Source of the DNA: Patescibacteria group bacterium
Lineage (GTDB): Bacteria; Patescibacteriota; Minisyncoccia; Phycocordibacterales; UBA9973
Direction: 5' to 3'
Length of the DNA stretch: 51,479 bases
Assembly (NCBI GenBank): GCA_028868715.1
Contig: JAGWUB010000001.1
Coordinates: 1-51,479, forward strand
Positions within the stretch are counted from its first letter, which is position 1. Every line of letters starts with the position of its first letter. Position numbers and translations under genes: made by a program. Positions 44,290 through 51,479 of the stretch are shown here, in pieces. The notes beneath the pieces were generated by a model. It was given only the letters and a program-made list of their open reading frames with translations. It was not told the DNA's origin and did no database searches.

Positions 44290-45966
44290 TTAGTATATAT
44301 CTTCTATCCTTAATCTTAACTCTTCTCTGCCTCTAAATCTAGACAGGTCAAAAGTGGCTAATAAATTAACATTGAGGCCCTCGGCTATCGTGTTTTTAAA
44401 AGAATCTAAGTTTGAAAAAAATGAAATGGCAGTAACCTTACTTTGCCTACCTCCACTGGTATTGGAAAAAGTAATTTCTAAATGTTCGCCGGATCCATTT
44501 TTGCCGAATTTTTTTATTTTCTCTATTTTCACACCTTCGAATAAAAAAATTGGTTTCGGATTTGCCAATCCAAAAGGCGACATTTTCTCTATCTCGCGCC
44601 AACTTTTCATATTGACCATACTCAAATCGGATTTGATGTCGTAATTTTCTTGCCCGACATTTACCATAGAGTCGCGTTTTACTTTATGAAAAGAGCTAGA
44701 CAAAGCCTCTTCCAAAAAATGTATTTTATCACTGTGCACCGTAAATCCCCCCGCTAGCTCGTGTCCGCCATATTCCAAAAAGGACTCAGAGGTCACACTC
44801 ATAAGTTCCACCACTGATACTGAGCCATCGCTGCGGCAAGATCCTTTAATAAAGTCATTTTCATCTTTACCCCAAACGAAAACGGGTTTATTGTATTCAT
44901 CCATTATCTTACCAGCAACAAGGCCCAATATGCCGACTCTCCATTCTGAATTTCCTATGACTATCACTGGAGTATTTTCTCCCCGCCCACCTTTTTCAAG
45001 TTTTTTATTTACTTCCCGCATTATGCCAGTTACAATACTTTTTCTCTCGTCATTTATTTTTGTTAAATGCTTTGCAAGTACATCTGCTTCTACCTCATCT
45101 TTTGTGGAGAGAAGCTCAAAAGCTCGCAGTGGATTGTCCATTCGTGAAGCTGCATTGAGTCTAGGAGTAACCATAAAGCCGATATCATCTTCTGAAATAT
45201 ATTTTTGATTAATTTTCATTTGAGCCAGAAGTTTTTGGAGTCCTGGTCGGGGAGATTTTCTAAAAACTTTCATTCCGAAATATACCATGGCCCTATTTTC
45301 TCCCGTGAGAGGAACCATATCAGAAAGCGTGGCTAGTCCAGCCATATCCAACATCCATTTTTCACTACCCTTACTAATCTTAAAATAATCACTGTATTTA
45401 TGGACAAACCCCTGAACCAACTTAAAAGCAACTCCAGCACCACATAACATTTTTTCTGGATAGTCATCCACCTTTGGGTTTAAAATAGCGTAGGCGCGAG
45501 GTAAAACTTCCTGTGGCAAGTGGTGGTCAGTAATAATCACATCAATACCATCTACCTCGGCTTGAGCCACTTCAGCGACTGCCGTAATGCCCAAATCCAC
45601 TGTGATCAATAGTTTCACTCCGATGTTCGCAAATTGCTCTATAGCCTCCAAATTGAGCCCGTAACCTTCACTGTTTCTCTGAGGAATGTAGACTTCGTAA
45701 TTTGTATAGTTAATAAGTTTAAACAAGTCACACAATATCACTGCTCCGGGTATGCCGTCACAATCATAGTCCGCATAAATTAATATTTTTTCGTTAGCTT
45801 CAACTGCCTCAAAAATCCTCACGCAAGCACGCTCCATATCACGCATTAAAAATGGGTCGTGAAAATCTCGTTCGTAGCTAGGATTAAGAAAAATCTCAGC
45901 TTGCTCAACGTCGGTAATGCCTCTTTTTTCTAGAAGGGTTGTCAGTAATTCGCCATATCTTTGCAT
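44290..45966 (-). CDS. recJ: Single-stranded-DNA-specific exonuclease RecJ
   Basis: DHH family motifs are present (IYADYDCDGIPG, ITVDLG, IITDHHLP), followed by a DHHA1 region (GGHELAGGFT). Confidence 0.92.
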   Translation of the reverse strand: MQRYGELLTTLLEKRGITDVEQAEIFLNPSYERDFHDPFLMRDMERACVRIFEAVEANEKILIYADYDCDGIPGAVILCDLFKLINYTNYEVYIPQRNSEGYGLNLEAIEQFANIGVKLLITVDLGITAVAEVAQAEVDGIDVIITDHHLPQEVLPRAYAILNPKVDDYPEKMLCGAGVAFKLVQGFVHKYSDYFKISKGSEKWMLDMAGLATLSDMVPLTGENRAMVYFGMKVFRKSPRPGLQKLLAQMKINQKYISEDDIGFMVTPRLNAASRMDNPLRAFELLSTKDEVEADVLAKHLTKINDERKSIVTGIMREVNKKLEKGGRGENTPVIVIGNSEWRVGILGLVAGKIMDEYNKPVFVWGKDENDFIKGSCRSDGSVSVVELMSVTSESFLEYGGHELAGGFTVHSDKIHFLEEALSSSFHKVKRDSMVNVGQENYDIKSDLSMVNMKSWREIEKMSPFGLANPKPIFLFEGVKIEKIKKFGKNGSGEHLEITFSNTSGGRQSKVTAISFFSNLDSFKNTIAEGLNVNLLATFDLSRFRGREELRLRIEDIY

Positions 45967-46002
45967 AGCTGAAATTTTAACATAATCTGCTACAATATAC
46001 CT

Positions 46003-46413
46003 ATGGAAGACTGTATTTTTTGTAAAATTGTAAAAGGTGAAATCCCTTGTTCAAAAATATATGAAAATGCTGATGTGTTGGCCTTTTTAGATATTGCGCC
46101 GGTTAATATCGGACATGCTCTTATCATCCCCAAACAACATTTTGTAAATATTTATGAAACTCCGGAAAATATTTTGGTAGAAATGATGAAAGCAGCAAAA
46201 ATTATTTCCAAAGCCATAAAATCAGAAACCAACGCCGATGGAATTAATGTAACTATGAACAATGACCCAGCAGCTGGGCAAGTTATTTTTCATTCTCATA
46301 TTCATGTTATTCCAAGATTAAAAGAAGATGGGTTTGGCGTGTGGCACGGCCGAAGACCCTACAACGAAGGAGAAAAAGAAGAAGTAGCTAAAAAAATTAT
46401 TGCAGCGCTTTAA
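46003..46413 (+). CDS. HIT-family (histidine triad) nucleotide hydrolase/transferase
   Basis: CIFCKIVKGEIP and the triad HSHIHVIP are present. Confidence 0.92.
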   Translation: MEDCIFCKIVKGEIPCSKIYENADVLAFLDIAPVNIGHALIIPKQHFVNIYETPENILVEMMKAAKIISKAIKSETNADGINVTMNNDPAAGQVIFHSHIHVIPRLKEDGFGVWHGRRPYNEGEKEEVAKKIIAAL

Positions 46414-47512
46414 TTCCAGGCAAGCTACCGTCGGCAAGAAAATCTAGTGTAGCTCCCCCTCCCGTAGACACAAAAGAGAATTCTTTTTCTATTTTCATTT
46501 CTGATATCATGGTTACCGTATCTCCCCCGCCGATAATGCTTTTAGTTTTTGACTTTCCAATTGCTTTTAATATTTTTTTAGTAGCTCCAGCGCCTCCATT
46601 TTCATATTTTCCAAGTGGTCCATTAAAAAGTACCAGCTTAGACTTATTAACTAGCAGAGCTAGTTCTTTTACTGTTGCAGTCCCCATATCTAAGATAATT
46701 TCATCTTGCTTTATCTCATCTATTTTTTTATTAATAAATTTATTGCCTGATTTTACTACCACATCAACCGGTAAAACTAATTTTTTATTTTTTAGAATTT
46801 TTTTAATATCGTAATTAGTGTCATCAACTAGTGATTTACCGATGACATAACCTTCCGCTTTCAAGAAGTCATTGGCTAAGGCTCCGCCGATAAAAACTTT
46901 GTCAGCTAATTTTAAGTATTTTTTTATTAAGGGCATTTTAGTAGAAAATTTAGCCCCACCTAAAATAAACAAGAATGGATGTTGCGGATTTTTAAATGCT
47001 TTGGATAAGTTTTTTACTTCATTTTCCAATTGCAGTCCCGCATAGGCGGGTAAAAGTTTTGGCAGTAACACGATAGAAGCGTCTGACCGGTGATCTACAG
47101 GGAATGCTTCGTTCACATATATATCGGCTAATTTTGCCAATTCTATAGCAAAAACTTTACTACATTTTTGTTCGCCCTTATTTTTTCTAAGATTTTCCAA
47201 CATTACTACTTCACCGTTGGTCATTCCATTTATGGCCTTAGTAGCTATAGGTCCAATGGTTTCTGAAATAAAAGTTGTTTTAACAAATTTATTTAGAATT
47301 CTAGAAACCGGCAACAAGCTCTCTCTACCATCCCCCAGGTGAGTAATTAAAATTAATTTAGCGCCTTTTTTCTGTAAAAATTTTATAGTCGGTAATGCTT
47401 TTTGTATTCTAAAATCATCTTCCACTTTCCCATTTTTAATAGGTACATTAAAATCTACCCGCAATAAAATATTCTTGCCTTTTATGTTTTTTATTTGTTT
47501 AATGCCTCGCAT
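46397..47512 (-). CDS. pgk: Phosphoglycerate kinase
   Basis: LLRVDFNVP, ITHLG, FILGGAKFSTK and STGGGATLDFL are present. Confidence 0.95.
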   Translation of the reverse strand: MRGIKQIKNIKGKNILLRVDFNVPIKNGKVEDDFRIQKALPTIKFLQKKGAKLILITHLGDGRESLLPVSRILNKFVKTTFISETIGPIATKAINGMTNGEVVMLENLRKNKGEQKCSKVFAIELAKLADIYVNEAFPVDHRSDASIVLLPKLLPAYAGLQLENEVKNLSKAFKNPQHPFLFILGGAKFSTKMPLIKKYLKLADKVFIGGALANDFLKAEGYVIGKSLVDDTNYDIKKILKNKKLVLPVDVVVKSGNKFINKKIDEIKQDEIILDMGTATVKELALLVNKSKLVLFNGPLGKYENGGAGATKKILKAIGKSKTKSIIGGGDTVTMISEMKIEKEFSFVSTGGGATLDFLADGSLPGIKALQ

Positions 47513-48258
47513 ATTTTTACAATTTCCATAAATTTATTAGCATTCAGGCTGGCTCGTCCAGGAAGAAGTCCGTCGACTCCACCACCGTTCAAAAAGTCTC
47601 CAGCGTCTTTGGTGTTAACTGAGCCGCCATAAATTATTTTTGGGCATTCTGTCTTGGCGCCAAATTTATCAGCTAAAACTTTTTTTATAAAAATAACCAT
47701 TTCTTCACAGTCCATGGGAGTAGCGTCTTTTTGGTTTAAAGTTGTGGAAATGGCCCAGACTGGTTCATAGGCAATAATGATTTTCGAATTGGAATTTTTT
47801 GAAATTCCATCTAGGCATTCGTTGATTTGTGTTTTCACTATATTAAAATATTCGTGATTTTCATCTCTTTGATTTTCTCCGACGCAAAGTACGGGCACAA
47901 GTCCAGAGGCAAGTGCACCTTTAATTTTTTTATTAATTAGTTCATTTGTCTCACCCATTGCCCTTCTTTCGGAGTGACCCAAGATCACATATCGAGCACC
48001 AATATTGTAAAGCATTTCTGGAGAAATTTCTCCGGTGAAGGGTCCGGTATCTAAGCCAAAGGAATCCTGCGCACCCAACTTTATTTTGCTGGTGCGAATC
48101 TTGGTCAATCTGTCTAAATATATAAATGGCGCACAGATTACAATATCTGTCTTTTTAACTCTTGAGACAAGCTCAGCGATATTTTTAAATAATTTTTCTG
48201 CATCTTTTGGGGTTAGTGGATTCATCTTCCAATTCCCAATAATAATCTTCTTACTCAT
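47491..48258 (-). CDS. tpiA: Triosephosphate isomerase
   Basis: IIIGNWKMN, ILGHSERR, CVGE, IAYEPVWAI and YGGSV are present. The ORF track starts at TTG 48282; the ATG at 48258 is preferred. Confidence 0.95.
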   Translation of the reverse strand: MSKKIIIGNWKMNPLTPKDAEKLFKNIAELVSRVKKTDIVICAPFIYLDRLTKIRTSKIKLGAQDSFGLDTGPFTGEISPEMLYNIGARYVILGHSERRAMGETNELINKKIKGALASGLVPVLCVGENQRDENHEYFNIVKTQINECLDGISKNSNSKIIIAYEPVWAISTTLNQKDATPMDCEEMVIFIKKVLADKFGAKTECPKIIYGGSVNTKDAGDFLNGGGVDGLLPGRASLNANKFMEIVKICEALNK

Positions 48259-48291
48259 AAGGAGATTGTAGCATATTTCCAAAACTAAATT

Positions 48292-49596
48292 TTACTGACT
48301 TTCTCCCCAGCTATTTATAAACCAAGAGCCGGAAGGACCGCTGGTAAAGCCGACGTTGATGAGCCCAGTACCGTAGCTAATGCCGACATTGTTTTTTAAA
48401 CTGATTGTGTTGCCTACTGATTCTTTCACCGACGCATTATTACTAAAATATACTGTACCTTTTTGAGCATTTACGATTGAAATATTTGAATTGTTGCTAA
48501 CACTAATGGCGTTATTGCCATTACATGGACTAGTCAGAATGCTTGCATCACAAGTACTATTTGATAAAAGCAGTATATAGCTACCAGCAGTTCCAGAATC
48601 TTGGAATGCCACACCGTTATTGATAATTATATAACCATCTGAAATTATCATCCCCGACGTGGTACCAAAAGAGGGATCTAGTTTTACTGTCGCATTTATA
48701 CCTATAGTGACGTTACCAGTCACGTAGATAGTGTTTGCGATAGTAAGAGTACTATTTACTATTAAGTTCCCTACAATTTTCCTAGGACCAATGGTGGTGG
48801 GTGATGATATGGTTACATTTCCATTAGTTACTCCTCCGTTGGTCGCATCTGTCTCCCACTGAGTTATACTAGCATCTTGTATCGGTAATGCTTGAGTAAT
48901 TGGGTCAGCTTGTGAAGTATCGCAAGTTTTATTGTTTCCAGATCCAGTCTGACAATAAATATTACCTGTAGCATTTGTATTTGTTACCGTATGGGCATGC
49001 GCACTGCCTACAGTAGTACCAGTGCAATTTCCACTTTGTACCGTACCACCGATACACATATTACTAATAGAGCCAGTATTACCGGCAGCAAAGGCATCAC
49101 CGGTAATATACGCGCCATTTGAACCGACAACATCACCATTAGAATATATGCTCCCGCTTATGTGAGAATTGTTTTGAAAAACGAACCCACCTTGACCAGC
49201 TTGCGTTCCATATTTAAACACCGCCCCATCCCCAGTTTTAAGTACTACAGTAATTTTTCTCTGCAAACTATTTACATCTCCAAGTGAGACAACTTGTTTA
49301 CCACCACCAACAATATTTGTGATCGTAGTTGTAGCTGAACTTGAGTTGAGAGTAATAGTTTCACTGCTGGATATGGCTAGATTGTTTTTTATTCTATAGA
49401 CAGCGTCTTCCTCACCTGATTCTGCTAAAAAGTATGCGTTTTTGGATTGTAAATTCACGCTCGAGTTTCTAAATTCACGAACGGTTGGTGATACCAAGCC
49501 AAAAATTATCGCCAAGGTAATAAAAAGGAAAAATATAACAGATATTAACATCGCTGCTCCACCGTTTCTTTTTATTTTCTTAGCTTTCAATTTCAT
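48292..49596 (-). CDS. PilX_N-like pilus-associated protein with large Asn/Gly/Thr-rich beta-helix-like domain (tip/adhesin candidate)
   Basis: The N-terminus KRNGGAAMLISVIFFLFITLAIIFGL resembles the minor-pilin PilX N-terminal segment. About 380 aa follow with recurring GN-x-T/I-x patterns (GNVTISS, GNLIVNS, GNVTIGI). It is the last gene of the pilin cluster. Confidence 0.65.
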   Translation of the reverse strand: MKLKAKKIKRNGGAAMLISVIFFLFITLAIIFGLVSPTVREFRNSSVNLQSKNAYFLAESGEEDAVYRIKNNLAISSSETITLNSSSATTTITNIVGGGKQVVSLGDVNSLQRKITVVLKTGDGAVFKYGTQAGQGGFVFQNNSHISGSIYSNGDVVGSNGAYITGDAFAAGNTGSISNMCIGGTVQSGNCTGTTVGSAHAHTVTNTNATGNIYCQTGSGNNKTCDTSQADPITQALPIQDASITQWETDATNGGVTNGNVTISSPTTIGPRKIVGNLIVNSTLTIANTIYVTGNVTIGINATVKLDPSFGTTSGMIISDGYIIINNGVAFQDSGTAGSYILLLSNSTCDASILTSPCNGNNAISVSNNSNISIVNAQKGTVYFSNNASVKESVGNTISLKNNVGISYGTGLINVGFTSGPSGSWFINSWGESQ

Positions 49597-49622
49597 ATTG
49601 TTGATAAATAATAAGTTAAAAA

Positions 49623-50123
49623 TTATTTATAAGTACCACGAAGAACGATGGTGTCATAAAAATTTTGGTTGCGGGAGAATACATCATTTTTTGACTTAAT
49701 TGTTAAAAGTACTTTTACAGCTTTCCCAGTTGTTGTGGTTATTTGGGTAAAATTTAAAGCACCTACGGCAATATTGGGGGTATTTAAATTTCCAGTGAGA
49801 ACTCCATTTTCTAAAAGTTGCAAATCCGTTCCTGAAAGTACGAACTCCACAGTTTTATTATTTCCATTTGAGTCTTTTGTGTTTAAAACAATATCACTGG
49901 TACTGATTGAGCCTATGTCATAAGCTTGTCTGATTTCTCTTGAGATTCTTTCCATGATAGTCCCACTTTGTACCCATTCCGTTTGGAGAGAGGTTTCTTT
50001 AAACGATTTTGCCATACTTAGCATCACATTAATTAATACCAAAGTGAGAACTACAAAAATGGCGATATAAAAAAGTAGTTCTAAGATAGCATAACCGGAA
50101 TTTTTTTTATAAACTTTTTTCAT
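49623..50123 (-). CDS. Type IV pilin-like/pseudopilin protein
   Basis: It has the prepilin leader and cleavage motif KKNSG|YAILELLFYIAIFVVLTL (G-1, E+5). Confidence 0.8.
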   Translation of the reverse strand: MKKVYKKNSGYAILELLFYIAIFVVLTLVLINVMLSMAKSFKETSLQTEWVQSGTIMERISREIRQAYDIGSISTSDIVLNTKDSNGNNKTVEFVLSGTDLQLLENGVLTGNLNTPNIAVGALNFTQITTTTGKAVKVLLTIKSKNDVFSRNQNFYDTIVLRGTYK

Positions 50124-50141
50124 ATCTTTATGTAATTTTAT

Positions 50142-50618
50142 TTAAGAAAAAATATTGATTATATAAAATTGTAATGTTTTAGTAATTGTTGTTCCGCCTT
50201 CTACCCAAGATACGGTGACCGTGACTAGCTTGGTCCCTGGGTCGTCTGTGCCGGTATTGCTAATATCCTTGGTAGTGTTGTCGCGACTGACACTGGCGAT
50301 ACTGACCGTCCGAGTAAAAATATCTACTGTATTTGGCGTTGACGATAAAGTCCAAGTTCCACCGGAAAAAGTCGGATAATAATTCGTGCCGGCGGTCAGG
50401 CTAGAAATATTGGCCCAAGAATTATCTCGCATTACACCCACTGCTTCCGCTCCTTCTTCCAACACAAACCCGGCTTGGGTGGTGTGAAAGGCTTGCCTGG
50501 CAACATAAATAGATTTTTGCGAAACTGCCGTTGCCGCCAAAACCGAAACAGTGATGATGGATATAGCCACCAACATTTCAACTGTCATGAATCCCCTGTT
50601 TAGATTTCTTTTCATCAT
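50142..50618 (-). CDS. Type IV pilin-like/pseudopilin protein
   Basis: It has the prepilin motif NLNRG|FMTVEMLVAISIITVSVL. Confidence 0.8.
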   Translation of the reverse strand: MMKRNLNRGFMTVEMLVAISIITVSVLAATAVSQKSIYVARQAFHTTQAGFVLEEGAEAVGVMRDNSWANISSLTAGTNYYPTFSGGTWTLSSTPNTVDIFTRTVSIASVSRDNTTKDISNTGTDDPGTKLVTVTVSWVEGGTTITKTLQFYIINIFS

Positions 50619-50619
50619 T

Positions 50620-51087
50620 TTAATTTACGCTAGCGACGCCAGTTGCAGAAATTGTAATAATTTTAGAAAAAGAATTATTAGAAATAGTTATGGTGCCGGT
50701 GGTGCTTGGTGCTCCAGAAAGTCGATTAAAATAAATATCGCCAGATACTCCGCTGGTGCCCCCAAAAGTGACATTAGTAATACTTGCCGGAGCAGTTATA
50801 CCAAATATTTCATTATTAGCATCACCAGCCGAAAAAACTTTACCTTTAAAAATTATAACTTGATCAGATTGAAAATGCACACCGTATTCAGAGGAATTCA
50901 AAGAAGATAGTGTCTCCGTACGAGCTTTATCTATAGCAGATAACGTATCTTGTACGGCGCTCTTGATAACTTGATTGTCTCTTATTTTTGAAAATTGTGG
51001 AATTACAACTAAAAAGATAATTCCAAGGATAGCTACCGCAACTATTATTTCTATTATACTCAGTCCTTGTTTGTAGTGATTTTTCAT
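50620..51087 (-). CDS. Type IV pilin-like/pseudopilin protein
   Basis: It has the prepilin motif HYKQG|LSIIEIIVAVAILGIIFLV. Confidence 0.8.
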   Translation of the reverse strand: MKNHYKQGLSIIEIIVAVAILGIIFLVVIPQFSKIRDNQVIKSAVQDTLSAIDKARTETLSSLNSSEYGVHFQSDQVIIFKGKVFSAGDANNEIFGITAPASITNVTFGGTSGVSGDIYFNRLSGAPSTTGTITISNNSFSKIITISATGVASVN

Positions 51088-51094
51088 TAGCTTA

Positions 51095-51479
51095 TTAATT
51101 AATACTACCTAAAATTGAATAGAGTGGCGAGATCATTGAGATCGCAAAAAATCCAACTCCGGCACCAATGACCACCATAAGTAAGGGCTCAATAATTGTA
51201 GAAAGGTTTTTAGTTTTGTTTTCAATCTCTTCTTCGTAAAACAAAGCTATTTGCAATAACATATCTGACAATTTTCCAGTCTCCTCGCCGACTTGAATCA
51301 TCTCAGACATCATTATTGGATATAAGTTTGAATTTTTTTCAAATACCTCGGAAAACGGAGCCCCTTTTTCTACGGCCACTTTTGCTTGATTTAAAACTTT
51401 TTTATAATAAACATTTTGGACGACATCTTCGGTGATTTCAACAGATCTGGTAAGTGAAACCCCAGATAATAAAAGCGAT
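51095..51479 (-). CDS. pilC: Type IV pilus/T2SS platform protein PilC/GspF, C-terminal fragment (continues past window end)
   Basis: The frame is open to the window edge; the 'M' at 51379 in the ORF track is an internal GTG. The GspF-family C-terminus is present (...EEIENKTKNLSTIIEPLLMVVIGAGVGFFAISMISPLYSILGSI). Confidence 0.85.
   Translation of the reverse strand, partial: SLLLSGVSLTRSVEITEDVVQNVYYKKVLNQAKVAVEKGAPFSEVFEKNSNLYPIMMSEMIQVGEETGKLSDMLLQIALFYEEEIENKTKNLSTIIEPLLMVVIGAGVGFFAISMISPLYSILGSIN

Overview
AT-rich, very gene-dense window, coding almost entirely on the minus strand. Gene content and style fit a small-genome Patescibacteria/CPR (Parcubacteria-like) chromosome; that assignment is inference from content only. 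Left to right: the 5' ~1.2 kb of a 23S rRNA with no 16S or tRNA upstream; rplJ-rplL; a ~12-kb surface-glycan cluster (WbaP-type initiating transferase, Wzm/Wzt ABC exporter, GT2, GT4, two epimerases, a Wzy_C/O-antigen-ligase-like TPR protein) ending at a secreted Thr/Ser/Asn-rich protein with a peptidoglycan-binding domain; a plus-strand block ftsK-hyp-recA-efp; rpsF-ssb-rpsR; tatD, metG, permease, M16 peptidase, glyQS, a large membrane-anchored beta-rich protein, recO, ileS; an ORF-free ~0.8-kb RNA-rich gap; argS, dut, a P-loop protein, tmk, glyA; an SOD-like gene; recJ-rnhA-GNAT-comEC; HIT; pgk, tpiA; and a type IV pilus module (pilC fragment, three prepilin-like genes, one PilX_N-like large protein). 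I saw no transposase, integrase, phage, CRISPR or toxin-antitoxin signature. TGA is used as a stop, so the standard code applies. The most unusual observations are four. (1) A complete histidine-phosphatase (PGAM-like) domain is nested in-frame inside IleRS. (2) Two terminator-bounded, GC-enriched orphan RNA loci sit upstream of the ileS T-box, each behind a duplicated 36-nt element. (3) The glycan cluster plus adjacent surface protein resembles an S-layer O-glycosylation locus and contains a duplicated unknown small protein. (4) A 25-nt GC-rich direct repeat brackets the only plus-strand gene block. Coordinates of non-ORF features were read by eye and may be off by 1-2 nt.
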